DNA of 64,000 nt from Alphaproteobacteria bacterium (lineage in GTDB: Bacteria > Pseudomonadota > Alphaproteobacteria > GCA-2731375), in the NCBI GenBank assembly GCA_965225945.1, contig CBDDBZ010000032.1:265080-329079 (forward strand), read 5' to 3'. This document shows, piece after piece, positions 33,601 to 42,405 of this stretch. The notes below the pieces were generated by a model. That model was not told the DNA's origin. It ran no database searches and saw nothing but the letters and a program-made list of their open reading frames with translations. Made by a program: the position numbers and the translations under genes. Within the stretch, counting starts at the first letter, position 1. Each line of letters begins with the position of its first letter.

Positions 33601-33974
33601 TCGCCGAATGCCATCTTTCGGCGGGCCACTTCGCCGAGGCGAGATTGATACTCGACGAAGCGCTCGCCATCGTCGCCGAGACCGACGAACATTGGAGCGA
33701 AGCGGAATTGCTGAGGCTGACGGGCGAGATCGAAGCGCGGGACGACGCCGCCAGGGCGGAGACGACATTCCGGCGAGCCCTGGATATCGCTCGAAGCCAG
33801 CATGCGAGGTCATGGGAATTGCGGTCCGCCACCAGCCTCGCGCGTCTTTGGCGCGAGGAAGGGAAAGCCGCGGCCGCCGAGACTCTACTCCGACCGATCC
33901 ATGATTGGTTCACGGAGGGCTTCGAAACACGAGACCTGCGAAATGCAAGGACTCTGCTGGACGAATTGTCCTGA
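30642..33974 (+). CDS. SAM-adenylate cyclase-STAND ATPase-TPR protein
   Basis: WLQSLGLEKY..LGHRKKL (SAM); FCDLVGST, GETPNLAARLQ (cyclase); GEAGIGKSR, EDVHWID (ATPase); C-terminal WELRSATSLARLW. Confidence 0.93.
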   Translation: MSGDIEQWLQSLGLEKYATLFAENDVDLEVVPELSDDELKELGVSLGHRKKLLKAIAALKQGSGAVADAGAPSARPVAERPRAEAERRQLTIMFCDLVGSTELSARLDPEDLRDIMRRYQDSVAGAVTRYGGYVAKYLGDWVLAYFGWPQAHEDQAERAVRTGLDAVAQVESIRLDGGSSLRARVGIATGRVVVGDLVGDAASDEEAVSGETPNLAARLQAVAEPGRVVIGPATRRLIGPAFDLEDLGLLTLKGFPRAIAAWRVVGESAAESRFEAAHADSLTRLVGREHELALLRERWELAKGGEGQAVLLSGEAGIGKSRIVRAVRELVGDDRHYRLRYQCSPYHANSAFHPIIQRLERAAGMTGEDPVEVKLDKLEALLGLSAVDLKSIASLFAALLSLPAKDRYGTLDLTPGQRRNQTFAALVGQVLALSRQRPVLFVMEDVHWIDPTTQDFVGEVIAQVADAAVLVLVTHRPEYVSQWTGFPHATSLALNRLSREQAAGIVEAIGGAKLDDAVAERIVARADGVPRFVEELTKSVLEASETAGQPIAADAIPATLQASLTASLDRLDEAKRIAQMGAALGREYSHELIAAVSGETEPNLGSALDRLVDAELVFRTVTTRNTIYTFKHALIQEVAHESMLKSRRTELHRRIAETLETMFPAIVETEPEVLARHYSMANMVDPAIAYWRRAGELSVEASANSEAASHFENALGLLASLPEGDGRDELELELRIALGGPLLMTRGHGAPEVGETYLRARELCAKLGNSPQIVPALFGMWRFYIGRGDCTITRDLGRQLLELGERADDMPAIVLGHYGLGFSLFCYGDLKEARVQLEDGYKLYDRNMRDDLSFRLGQDPGVACLSYCALALWVLGYCDQAKHTTQKALTLAEELSHPFSSAYALSLACQVYQHRGEVDELRKVSEAAISISREQGFSVWIASPTIFRGWVRAQQDNAIEGAQEAHDAVQIVAAGMEMRRPYYLALVAECHLSAGHFAEARLILDEALAIVAETDEHWSEAELLRLTGEIEARDDAARAETTFRRALDIARSQHARSWELRSATSLARLWREEGKAAAAETLLRPIHDWFTEGFETRDLRNARTLLDELS

Positions 33975-33985
33975 GTCGCTTCTTT

Positions 33986-34024
33986 GCCGGCGCCGCGGCC
34001 TCGCATTGGGAGTTCGCCTGGTAG
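33986..34024 (+). repeat. Diverged copy of the SMP-30 gene 3' end (35/39 nt match to 30336-30374)
   Basis: Encodes AGAAASHWEFAW* versus AGAAPSHWEFAW*. Confidence 0.88.
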
Positions 34025-34131
34025 GTGGTGGCGGATCCGCTCCCCCGCATCCCCGAGGGACGCCCGTCCGCGATCGGACCGGTAGCAATTCGAGCTGTCC
34101 GACGTCGCCATCGCCGGCTCATGCCCTCGCC

Positions 34132-34326
34132 CTATTCGGATTTGATGAGCGTCTTGAGATAGGCCCTGTCTTCGGCGCTCCAGGCGCCGGGATCTTCAGC
34201 GTGGGCGAGCGCGGCATGGAGTTCCATCAGCTTCCACACTTCGTCCTCCGTTTCGGCGATGAAATGTCCCGGGCAAGCCTCCATCCCGGGATAGTCCCTG
34301 CAGGCGTATGCGTATGTCTTGGCCAT
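34132..34326 (-). CDS. DUF1059-like small metal-binding protein
   Basis: YACRDYPGMEAC...AETEDEV...HAALAH. Confidence 0.75.
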   Translation of the reverse strand: MAKTYAYACRDYPGMEACPGHFIAETEDEVWKLMELHAALAHAEDPGAWSAEDRAYLKTLIKSE

Positions 34327-34360
34327 GGCTTCCTCCGTCGGGGTCTCGAAACGGCGTCGA

Positions 34361-34765
34361 TCAGGGGAACTCGGTGTACTTCTTCAGTTTTTCGTCCAAG
34401 ACCACCCAAGGGAGGCGGTGATCGAGATAGACGTTGGTGGTGGGTTTCGCGACGCCGGGGTCGTCGAGCGTCGCCGACAGGACGCCGATGTCGGTCCAAC
34501 CCTCTCCGCTATAGGTGAGCGAGGTGCCGCATATTTGGCAAAACCCGCGTTCCACGCCGGGCGAGGACGCATAGGTCGTGATCCGCCCCAGAGTGGCCTC
34601 GAAATTCTCCGGCTTCACGCCCGACCAGGTCGCGAAACCAGCCCCGATGGCACGCTGGCAGCTTCGGCAATGACAATGCGCCGAATAGGTCGGCGCGCCG
34701 CGGAGCGCGTAGCGGACCGCGCCGCAGAGGCAGCCGCCCGCATGGATTTCACTGCTATCCACCAT
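34361..34765 (-). CDS. GFA family Zn-binding protein
   Basis: GGCLCGAVRY, CHCRSCQR, RGFCQICGT. Confidence 0.9.
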   Translation of the reverse strand: MVDSSEIHAGGCLCGAVRYALRGAPTYSAHCHCRSCQRAIGAGFATWSGVKPENFEATLGRITTYASSPGVERGFCQICGTSLTYSGEGWTDIGVLSATLDDPGVAKPTTNVYLDHRLPWVVLDEKLKKYTEFP

Positions 34766-34953
34766 GTCCTCGAACTCCCGAGGAAACCAACCCGCATCCC
34801 GTGGCCGCATCCCGTGGCCGGCGCGCGAATGCCGAACGATCAACCAAGGAATATTTACACCCGCTGGACAGGCGAGCGATCGCTCGGTTCGCCGCTTTCA
34901 TTGACATTATTCATAAAAACTTGGCCCAATGCAAATCGAAAATACTTTCAATA

Positions 34954-34970
34954 TGTAAGATAATCTTACA
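34954..34970. promoter_or_regulatory. LysR-type operator palindrome
   Basis: TGTAAGATAATCTTACA dyad immediately before the LysR ATG. Confidence 0.6.
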
Positions 34971-34971
34971 G

Positions 34972-35844
34972 ATGATCTGGTCCGACCTGCCCTCGCTCGG
35001 CAGTCTCAGAGCCTTCGCCGCCGTGGCGGACGCGGGCAGCTATACGCGGGCGGGCAGCGCCTTGAACGTCAGCCACGCGGCGGTGAGCCAGCAGGTCAAG
35101 GCATTGGAGGAACGGTTGGGTGTCCCCCTGGTCGCCCGGGAAGGGCGCGGGATCGTCCTCACCGAGGAGGGCGAGAGCTTGGCTCGAGATATCGCGACCG
35201 GTTTCGCCGCCATCCACAGGGGTGTCGAGGCCCTGACCGGGACCGATACCCGGCGCCCCGTTCAGGTCACGATGTCGCCCGCCTTCGCCGTGCGATGGCT
35301 CATGCCCAGGATCCTCGATTTCCAGCAGCGCCACCCCGAGATCACCTTGATGTTGAACCCGACGGCGGAGGTCGTGGAGTTGAAGCCGGGCGGCATCGAC
35401 CTGGCGATCCGCTATCGCGATGCCCACGGGCCGAAGACGAAGGTCGATCCCGTTCTGATCGCCGACATGGTCGTGGTCGCAACGCCCACGCTGCTCGGTG
35501 CCCGCGAGATCGCCGATCCGGCGAGGCTCGTCGAGCTGCCGTGGCTGCAAGAATATGGCACCAACGAAGTCGCTGATTGGTTGGCGCGGCACGGGGTCAC
35601 CTCGGAACGTCCGCTCATGATCACCCACATGCCCGGGAATCTGATCATGGACGCGGTCCGACGGGGCGACGGGATCACCTATACCGCGCGTCCCTGGGTC
35701 GCGGAGGAACTCCGAAGCGGCGAGCTCGTCGAGTTGTTTTCAGACGAGGCTTTCGGGACCTACTACATCCAAACCCGTCCAGGCGTGCTGAGGCCACCGG
35801 TGAAGACATTCGTCGAATGGTTGAAGCGGCAGGCGGCGACATGA
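34972..35844 (+). CDS. LysR family regulator (GcvA-like)
   Basis: LPSLGSLRAFAAVA..SYTRAG..LNVSHAAVSQQVKALE; WLMPRI..F. Confidence 0.93.
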   Translation: MIWSDLPSLGSLRAFAAVADAGSYTRAGSALNVSHAAVSQQVKALEERLGVPLVAREGRGIVLTEEGESLARDIATGFAAIHRGVEALTGTDTRRPVQVTMSPAFAVRWLMPRILDFQQRHPEITLMLNPTAEVVELKPGGIDLAIRYRDAHGPKTKVDPVLIADMVVVATPTLLGAREIADPARLVELPWLQEYGTNEVADWLARHGVTSERPLMITHMPGNLIMDAVRRGDGITYTARPWVAEELRSGELVELFSDEAFGTYYIQTRPGVLRPPVKTFVEWLKRQAAT

Positions 35845-35889
35845 ACGACGCCCATGTCTTCAGAGGGCACTTATGAGCCTTTCGAGCGC

Positions 35890-37113
35890 CTAGCCCGAGG
35901 CCGGCGCCGTGGCGGCCGCGCGGGTCTCGGCGATGCGGCGGCGCGCAATCAGCCAGAGTAGCGCCACCAGCAGCGGCGGCCAGAGTTGCAGCGTCGTCGC
36001 CGTGGCGATGATCCAGAAGGCCGGCGCGGCGATCCAGGCCCCCATCGCCAGCCAGCGCTCGCCCGGGAGCCAGCCGCCGTCGCGTGCCGCGAGCGCCAGC
36101 CAGAGCAGGCCCGGCGCCATGATCGCCATGTCGTAGAACTGAACGTAGGGCGAGGAGAAGGGGATCGCCAGGATCAACCCCGCCGCTTTCACCTCGAAGC
36201 GGACCCGCCCGCGCCAGAGCCAGGCGACGAAGACGACCGCGCCGGCGAGGCCGATCAGATGCGCCCCGTCGGCCACGCCTTGTGAGAGCCCCCAGAGCTT
36301 CGCCTGGGCATAGGGCGTCGACACGCTGTAGAACAGCGTCTCCGGGTTGGTCAGCAGCCAGCGCATGAAGGGGAAGCTCTTCGGATAGGCGAGCCAGGGC
36401 TCGATCCCGAAGGCGGCGAGGCTGGCCAGCGCGAAGAGGATCGTGCCTAGGGCCGAGGCGGCGAAGAGGCGCCAGTGGCCGCCGGCGATCAGCGCCACCG
36501 GGATCAGCAGACCGAGGCTCGGCTTGTAGCTCAGCAGGCCGATGCAGAGGCCGGCGAGCCAGGGCCGGTCCCGCGCCAAGGCCAGGCCGCCCGCCAGCAG
36601 CGCCGCCGAGAGGCAGCCGTTCTGGCCGGAAAAGATCGACAAACCGACCGCCGGATAGAGCAGCACCAGGATCGGCGTCCAGGGATGCGGCGCGGTCCGG
36701 TAGGCGAAGACGAGCAACAGCGCGAGCGTCGCCGACAGCCAGGCCGCGAGGGCCACGCCGTAAGGCATCGCCGCCAGCGGCCAGACGAGCAACAGCGCGC
36801 TCGGCGGATAGGACCAGCCGTGCTGCCAACCCTCGAGGGACGTGTTCCCCGCCTCGACCTCGAACAGCGCCGCGGGGTCGTAGGCGAGTTCCGGCCGGCC
36901 CCGGAGGATGAGCTCGGAAACCGAATAATATTGCGTGAAGTCGACGCCGATCGGGTTGCCGGCGCGACCGACGCCGTCCGTGCCGCTCAGCGTGTAGTAG
37001 GAGCCGAGCAGCAAAAAGGCGATGGCGAGCTGCAGCAGCAGAATCGCCATCACGCGGGGAATGCCTCGGACCGGCGGTGACCATCGTGTCGTTGCGGAGG
37101 CGCTATCCGTCAT
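35890..37113 (-). CDS. Glycosyltransferase family 87 (DUF2029-like) membrane protein
   Basis: GVDF, YPP, GQN, KP.LG and PY..YD motifs; multi-TM. Confidence 0.82.
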   Translation of the reverse strand: MTDSASATTRWSPPVRGIPRVMAILLLQLAIAFLLLGSYYTLSGTDGVGRAGNPIGVDFTQYYSVSELILRGRPELAYDPAALFEVEAGNTSLEGWQHGWSYPPSALLLVWPLAAMPYGVALAAWLSATLALLLVFAYRTAPHPWTPILVLLYPAVGLSIFSGQNGCLSAALLAGGLALARDRPWLAGLCIGLLSYKPSLGLLIPVALIAGGHWRLFAASALGTILFALASLAAFGIEPWLAYPKSFPFMRWLLTNPETLFYSVSTPYAQAKLWGLSQGVADGAHLIGLAGAVVFVAWLWRGRVRFEVKAAGLILAIPFSSPYVQFYDMAIMAPGLLWLALAARDGGWLPGERWLAMGAWIAAPAFWIIATATTLQLWPPLLVALLWLIARRRIAETRAAATAPASG

Positions 37114-37129
37114 CCCGGCGAGCGGCGCT

Positions 37130-37996
37130 TCAGCCCTCCAGCTCGGGCAGCCCGCCGCCGCCGAAGAGGCGCGTGGCGTTGCGGAAGGCGATGTCCTCGG
37201 CGATGTCGCGAGGAAGCTGGCCCAGCCAATTGCGGTGATCGGCGACCAACCCCTCGTAGAACACCCAGCGGCCGTTGACGTAGGTGTCGGTGCCGATCAT
37301 CACCCGCTTGCGGTGCTTCTCCAGGAGCGCGCGCCAGCGGGGCGCGAGCGTGCCGCCGGGCGCCACGTCGCCGGCCCGGAACGATAGCTCGGTCACGACG
37401 GTCGGGTTATTCGAGAGCAGCGCGTCTATTATCTCCGCCGGTTCGCTCATTCCGGCATGGGCCCAGAGGATCTTGACCTCGGGCGCATAAGCCAGGATCC
37501 GCTCCACCGCCCGGTGACCGGAATGGATGTGGAGGTGGATGTCGTGCTTCAGCGCCAAGCGGACGACGCCCTCGACCACCGGGCTCTCCGCCACCTCGAC
37601 CTCGAAAAGGTGGAATTCGCCGATGCCGACATAGCCGCCCTTGTCCAGCCGCGCGCTGAGAAAGCCGAGCATGCCTTCGTCGCGGTACCACTCGGCGGCA
37701 CCGACGCCGTCGCGATAGGGCCTGAGGACCGGGGCGAAGCGCTTCGGCGCGGCCTGGGCGAGCTTCAGCGTGCCCTCGTCCGGCGTCGAGGAGACCAGCG
37801 CGCGGGCGACCCCGGCGCGCGACATCTTCTTCAGAATCCCGGGCGCGTCGAACTCCGCCCAGGCCGCCGCGCTGTAGTGCATGTGGGTGTCGAAGATCGG
37901 CGGCACTTCCCCGGCCCCGGCGCCGCGCCAGGTGATGCAGGCGGCAAAGCCGAGGGCCAGGAGGGCGAGGGTGGGGCGGGGCGGCGAGGTCTCCAT
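37130..37996 (-). CDS. Secreted amidohydrolase-superfamily protein
   Basis: DTHMHY, GIGEFH, WAHAG, IGTDT; signal peptide. Confidence 0.82.
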   Translation of the reverse strand: METSPPRPTLALLALGFAACITWRGAGAGEVPPIFDTHMHYSAAAWAEFDAPGILKKMSRAGVARALVSSTPDEGTLKLAQAAPKRFAPVLRPYRDGVGAAEWYRDEGMLGFLSARLDKGGYVGIGEFHLFEVEVAESPVVEGVVRLALKHDIHLHIHSGHRAVERILAYAPEVKILWAHAGMSEPAEIIDALLSNNPTVVTELSFRAGDVAPGGTLAPRWRALLEKHRKRVMIGTDTYVNGRWVFYEGLVADHRNWLGQLPRDIAEDIAFRNATRLFGGGGLPELEG

Positions 37997-38003
37997 GGCG
38001 GCG

Positions 38004-39227
38004 TCAATCGATTAGGGCCTGGCTCACCAGGACGCGGAGTTCGCGGCGGATCGGATAGCTCGACGACGGCACGAGCTGGGTCAGGAAGATCACCTGCAGC
38101 TCCTCCACCGGATCGATCCAGAAGGCGGTGCTGGCGAGGCCGCCCCAGTGGTATTCGCCGGCGCTGGTCGGCACCTGGGCCCGGATCGGGTCGATGACGA
38201 CGGCCACGGCGAGCCCGAAGCCGATGCCCTCGTAGCTGGTCTCGCTGAACACCGGCTGGCCCATCTGGGCCAGATCGCCCGGCAGATGGTTCCGGGTCAT
38301 AAACTCGACTGTCTTGCGGCCGAGGATACGCCGGCCCGCGAGTTCCCCCTTGTTCGCCAGCATCTGGCAAAAGCGGTCGTAGTCGGCGAGCGTCGAGACC
38401 AGCCCACGGCCGCCCGATTGCAGTACCGCCGGCTTGGCGAAGCGGCTGCCTTCGGCGCCATCGTAGAGTTCCGTGCCGCCCGCCGGCGCCGGCGCATAGC
38501 AGGCGGCGAAGCGATCCTCCGTGCCCTCGATCAGGCTGAACCCGGTCTCCGCCATGGCGAGGGGCTCGAACACCCGCGCGCGCAGCACGGCGTCCAACGA
38601 CGCTCCCGCCAGCACCTCGATCAGGCGGCCCAAGACATCGATCGCGACACTGTAATTCCACTCAGCTCCCGGTTGGGCAACCAGGGGGACGTTCCCCAGC
38701 CGATCGACCATCTCCTCGAGGGCGATGGCGCCGTCCGAGCGGGAGAAGTCGATTCCGAGCGCCTCGTAGCGGGCCTGCACCGGCGGCGGCACGGCGTGGC
38801 CGTAGGCCAGGCCCGAGGTATGGGTCAGGAGATCGCGGATGGTGATCTCGCGCGCCGCCGGGACGAGCTCCAGTGCCGCCTCGCCACCGACGTGCACCAT
38901 CATCTCGCCCAAGGCGGGGATGAATTTGGCGATTTGGTCGTCGAGTTGGAACCGTCCCTCCTCGTAGAGGCTCATCAGGCAGACCGCCACGATCGGCTTG
39001 GTCATCGAATAGATGCGGAAGACTGTGTCCTCCCGGAGCGGCTTTGCCGCCGCCGTGTCCGCCAGTCCCGCCGTTTCCACATAGGCGAGCCGTCCGCGTC
39101 GGGCGACGGCGACCAGGGCGCCGGGCAGACGGCCATCGTCGACATAGGCCCGGAGCCAATGGCCGATCCTATCCAACCGTCCTGACGACAGTCCGACCAT
39201 CTCCGGGCTCACCTTGTCTCGCAACAT
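38004..39227 (-). CDS. Serine hydrolase (beta-lactamase family)
   Basis: FRIYSMTK (SxxK), LLTHTSG, WNYS, WGG.AST.FWIDP. Confidence 0.9.
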   Translation of the reverse strand: MLRDKVSPEMVGLSSGRLDRIGHWLRAYVDDGRLPGALVAVARRGRLAYVETAGLADTAAAKPLREDTVFRIYSMTKPIVAVCLMSLYEEGRFQLDDQIAKFIPALGEMMVHVGGEAALELVPAAREITIRDLLTHTSGLAYGHAVPPPVQARYEALGIDFSRSDGAIALEEMVDRLGNVPLVAQPGAEWNYSVAIDVLGRLIEVLAGASLDAVLRARVFEPLAMAETGFSLIEGTEDRFAACYAPAPAGGTELYDGAEGSRFAKPAVLQSGGRGLVSTLADYDRFCQMLANKGELAGRRILGRKTVEFMTRNHLPGDLAQMGQPVFSETSYEGIGFGLAVAVVIDPIRAQVPTSAGEYHWGGLASTAFWIDPVEELQVIFLTQLVPSSSYPIRRELRVLVSQALID

Positions 39228-39237
39228 CCGGCCGGCC

Positions 39238-39924
39238 TCAATTCAATTCGTCGCTGCTCAGGATGTGTAGCAAGCGGTAAATCGCGCCCTGCCGGCCGCT
39301 CGCGGCACCTTGGCCGGCGAGGGCGGGCTCCGCCAACTCGGCCTCCAGCAACGCCTCCAGCGGCGCCGGCCCCATCGCCTCGACCAGCACCACCCAGTCT
39401 GCGACCTCGTCCGGCCGGTCGCGGAGCGCCTTCTCCTCCGTCTCGACCCGGCTCGCCGCCTCGTCCGCCCGCAGCAGATGGGCGCCGACGATCGCTGGGC
39501 GCCTCGCCAGGTCGGGCAGCACCGTCTCGCTCAGCACCGCCGCCAAGGCAGCGTCGCCGCCGCTCGCGGGGGAGAGCCGAACGGTCAGCAAATAGCCGCC
39601 GGTTCCCTTGCCGTGGCTGGCGGCGATCCGGCAGAGCGTGCGGTTCGAGTTGCGGAAGCCGCCGAGCGAGGCCTTGGTCCAGGGCGTCGGATCGTTCAGG
39701 CGCTCGAGATAGGCGGGCGACGTGAGGGTTTCGGGGCCCGCCGTCTCGTACATGTTGAAATACTCAGGCGCGCCCAGATGGGCCCGGTAGCGCCGGCCGC
39801 GATGAAAGCCGGGAATGCCCACCCGCTCCGCCATGTGCTCGAAGCCGTGCCAGTGGTTGTAGTCGTCGTCGTCGCCGACGAAGTCGTGCCAGAACACCAT
39901 CGCGCCCGCGCCCAGCAGCGTCAT
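39238..39924 (-). CDS. Conserved hypothetical protein (dimeric alpha/beta-barrel-like)
   Basis: WH..EHMAERVGIPGF..GRRY, YLERLNDPTPWT. Confidence 0.7.
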   Translation of the reverse strand: MTLLGAGAMVFWHDFVGDDDDYNHWHGFEHMAERVGIPGFHRGRRYRAHLGAPEYFNMYETAGPETLTSPAYLERLNDPTPWTKASLGGFRNSNRTLCRIAASHGKGTGGYLLTVRLSPASGGDAALAAVLSETVLPDLARRPAIVGAHLLRADEAASRVETEEKALRDRPDEVADWVVLVEAMGPAPLEALLEAELAEPALAGQGAASGRQGAIYRLLHILSSDELN

Positions 39925-39960
39925 CTCCTCGTCCTTCCGATTCCGTCGCCGGAGTTCGCC

Positions 39961-40296
39961 TTACGGCTTTTCCCACTTCATCGGACTTGCGCCGTCCGAG
40001 CGCCAGGCCGGTTCGGCAGTCAGCGCATCGCGAATCTGGACCAGTTTGTCGCAAATATCCAAGATCGCCGCGAGCACGCCGAAGCTCAACGCGGCGGCTA
40101 TCAGGCCCACCAGGCCCCCGATGACCGCCCGCGCCACCCGCATCGCGCTGCCTTCGGCGGCCAGTTGCTCGACGCCCGATTGCGCGAAGTAGGGATCGAG
40201 ACTGCCGGAAAACCCGAACAGCGCGCCGAAGGCGACCAAGGCGATGGTGCCGAGGACGACGAAGACGCGGAGCAAAAAAACGAGTAGTGACATCAT
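39961..40296 (-). CDS. Hypothetical two-TM membrane protein
   Basis: Purine-rich RBS; two hydrophobic helices. Confidence 0.6.
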   Translation of the reverse strand: MMSLLVFLLRVFVVLGTIALVAFGALFGFSGSLDPYFAQSGVEQLAAEGSAMRVARAVIGGLVGLIAAALSFGVLAAILDICDKLVQIRDALTAEPAWRSDGASPMKWEKP

Positions 40297-40346
40297 GGTC
40301 CCTCTCCCTTGCTGGTGAGTCGCTATCGGGTCGCCCATCCTATGTG

Positions 40347-41797
40347 GGGGATGTCCCGGGCTCTGTTGAAAAGCTGAAGTAGGCGTCGTCCGCCTGGAGC
40401 CGCTAGGCTCTGGGTGCTGATTCCATCAAGGAGAACGACGCCATGACCAAGACTACACGCAACGACCGTTCCTCGGAACCATCCTGTCGGCTCTTGCCAT
40501 CGATGCCGGAGGCCTTCGACGATCTGCGCATGAGCGTCGATCGCTTCTGCCTTTTGGCGGGCCTCGAGTCTTTGAACGAGATGATGTCGGCGGACGCGGA
40601 AGCCTTGTGCGGTTCGCGCCACGCCCGCTCGGGCGAGCGCAAGGGCCATCGATGGGGCACGACCCGGAGCGAGATCGCCTACCACGGCGGCAAAGTGAAG
40701 GTCGAGCGCCCTCGGGTGCGGGACTTCGCGGGTCGGGAGATGAGCCTGCCGAGTTGGGAGCTGCTGTCGGAACCCGAACTCTTGCAAGCCTGGGCGATGA
40801 ATCTGATGGTGATCAACGTCTCGACCCGCAAGTATGCCCGCGCGGTGCGCCTGCCGGACGATGCGGGCGGCGATCTGCCGGCGGCATCGGGTGACGCAAC
40901 CTCGAAGTCGGCGGTCTCGCGCCGTTTCGTGGCGTTGACGCGAAGCAAGCTGAAGGCCTGGCTGGCGAGCCCGCTCGACGATCTCGATCTCGTGGTGCTC
41001 CAGATCGACGGGCTCCATGTCGGCGATCACCTGATGGTGGCGGCGATCGGCATCGACACCGGCGGCGCGAAGCACGTGCTGGGCCTGGCCGAGGGCGCGA
41101 CGGAGAACGCGGCCACGGTGCAAGCCATGCTCGACAACCTGATCGAGCGCGGTCTCGATCCCGAACGGCCTCGGCTCTACATCGTCGACGGCGCCAAGGC
41201 GCTCTCGAAGGCGATCCGGCGGACCTTCGGGCGGGCGGCGGCCCTCCAGCGCTGCCAGGTGCACAAGGGGCGCAACATCACGGACCGGCTGGACGAGAGC
41301 CTCCATGCCGGCGTCAGGAAGGTCTTGCGGCAGGCCTGGCAGCGGGACGACGCGGCCAAGGCCGAACGGCTCTTGCGCAACCTCGCCCGCCGTCTGGAGC
41401 ATGACGCACCCGGCGTCTCGGGCTCGATCCTGGAGGGCCTGGACGAGATCCTGACCGTGATCCGGCTCGGCCTCCCGCCGCAACTTCGACACTCGCTGGC
41501 TTGCACCAACGCCATCGAGAACGCGATCGGCACCGTCCGGACGGTGCAGCGGAACGTCAAGCGCTGGCGCAACGCCGAGATGGCGCTGCGTTGGACCGCC
41601 GCCGGCCTCTTGGAGGCGCAAAAGACCTTCCGCCGCCTCAAGGCCTACCGCCAGCTCCCCGTCCTTGACGCCGCCCTGCGGGAGGCGGTGAGAAAGGCCG
41701 GAGCAAAGTCCGTCATTGAAGACATCGAGGTGGCCGCGTAGCCTCTCGATCAGACGATGCCTATCTCGCACTTTTCAACATTGGGCGGGACATCGCC
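40347..41797 (+). mobile_element. IS256-family insertion sequence B
   Basis: TIRs GGGGATGTCCCG..TGTTGAAAAG / CTTTTCAACA..CGGGACATCGCC; no TSD. Confidence 0.88.
40443..41741 (+). CDS. IS256 transposase
   Basis: NVSTRKY, QIDG, GATEN, IVDGAKAL, QRCQVHK, CTNAIEN. Confidence 0.94.
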   Translation: MTKTTRNDRSSEPSCRLLPSMPEAFDDLRMSVDRFCLLAGLESLNEMMSADAEALCGSRHARSGERKGHRWGTTRSEIAYHGGKVKVERPRVRDFAGREMSLPSWELLSEPELLQAWAMNLMVINVSTRKYARAVRLPDDAGGDLPAASGDATSKSAVSRRFVALTRSKLKAWLASPLDDLDLVVLQIDGLHVGDHLMVAAIGIDTGGAKHVLGLAEGATENAATVQAMLDNLIERGLDPERPRLYIVDGAKALSKAIRRTFGRAAALQRCQVHKGRNITDRLDESLHAGVRKVLRQAWQRDDAAKAERLLRNLARRLEHDAPGVSGSILEGLDEILTVIRLGLPPQLRHSLACTNAIENAIGTVRTVQRNVKRWRNAEMALRWTAAGLLEAQKTFRRLKAYRQLPVLDAALREAVRKAGAKSVIEDIEVAA

Positions 41798-42158
41798 GCC
41801 CCATGGTGGTGTACACGACAATGAAATCGAGGCCGATCTCCTCCATGCGCTGGCGCAGCAGTTGCGGCAGCATTGCCGTGGCGCGGTCGGCGGTGTTGCG
41901 CATCGGCGAGAACCAGAAAGCCGGCCGCGTGGCCCGCCGGTCGCGGCGCTGTTCGGGACTGAGCGCGTACCAACCGGATAGCCCGCCGTCGCTCGTCATC
42001 TTGTTGAAGCGCTCAACCAGATCGGCGCCCGCTACCCCTTTGAGATAGTCGAGGAAGACCGCGGTGAACTCCAACACATGGCCGTCACCGTCGATCACCG
42101 GATGATCGAGCCGGGCGCGCACGTCGCCGCCCTTCGCATGTCCATGGGTTGAACTCAT
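41798..42158 (-). pseudogene. Amidohydrolase_2 family N-terminal fragment truncated by IS256
   Basis: LDHPVIDGDGH..E, RATAMLP...GLDFIVVYTT; reads directly into the IS end. Confidence 0.8.
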
Positions 42159-42405
42159 CGGTCTCTCATCCCCCCCCCCCCCCAATAGTATTATTTTTTG
42201 TGTTTTCTCCTAAACCGAGATTCCCCGGTTGGCCACTTGCGGCCACCGGTAGCATAGCGAAAATGGCGGTCGAAGGCGAATTCGGTCCTGATCTCTTGTC
42301 CGTCGGGCGTTTCTGTGGGAGATGGGAAGGCCCGCGCCGCGCCCGCATGGTCCGGACCGTGGGCTATTCGGCGCGTCGGGCAGGGCAGGGTGCGAGAGAA
42401 CAACG

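Noticed and set aside
38004-39227. Antibiotic-resistance beta-lactamase
   Set aside because: Motifs fit family VIII esterase-like serine hydrolases, and there is no signal peptide
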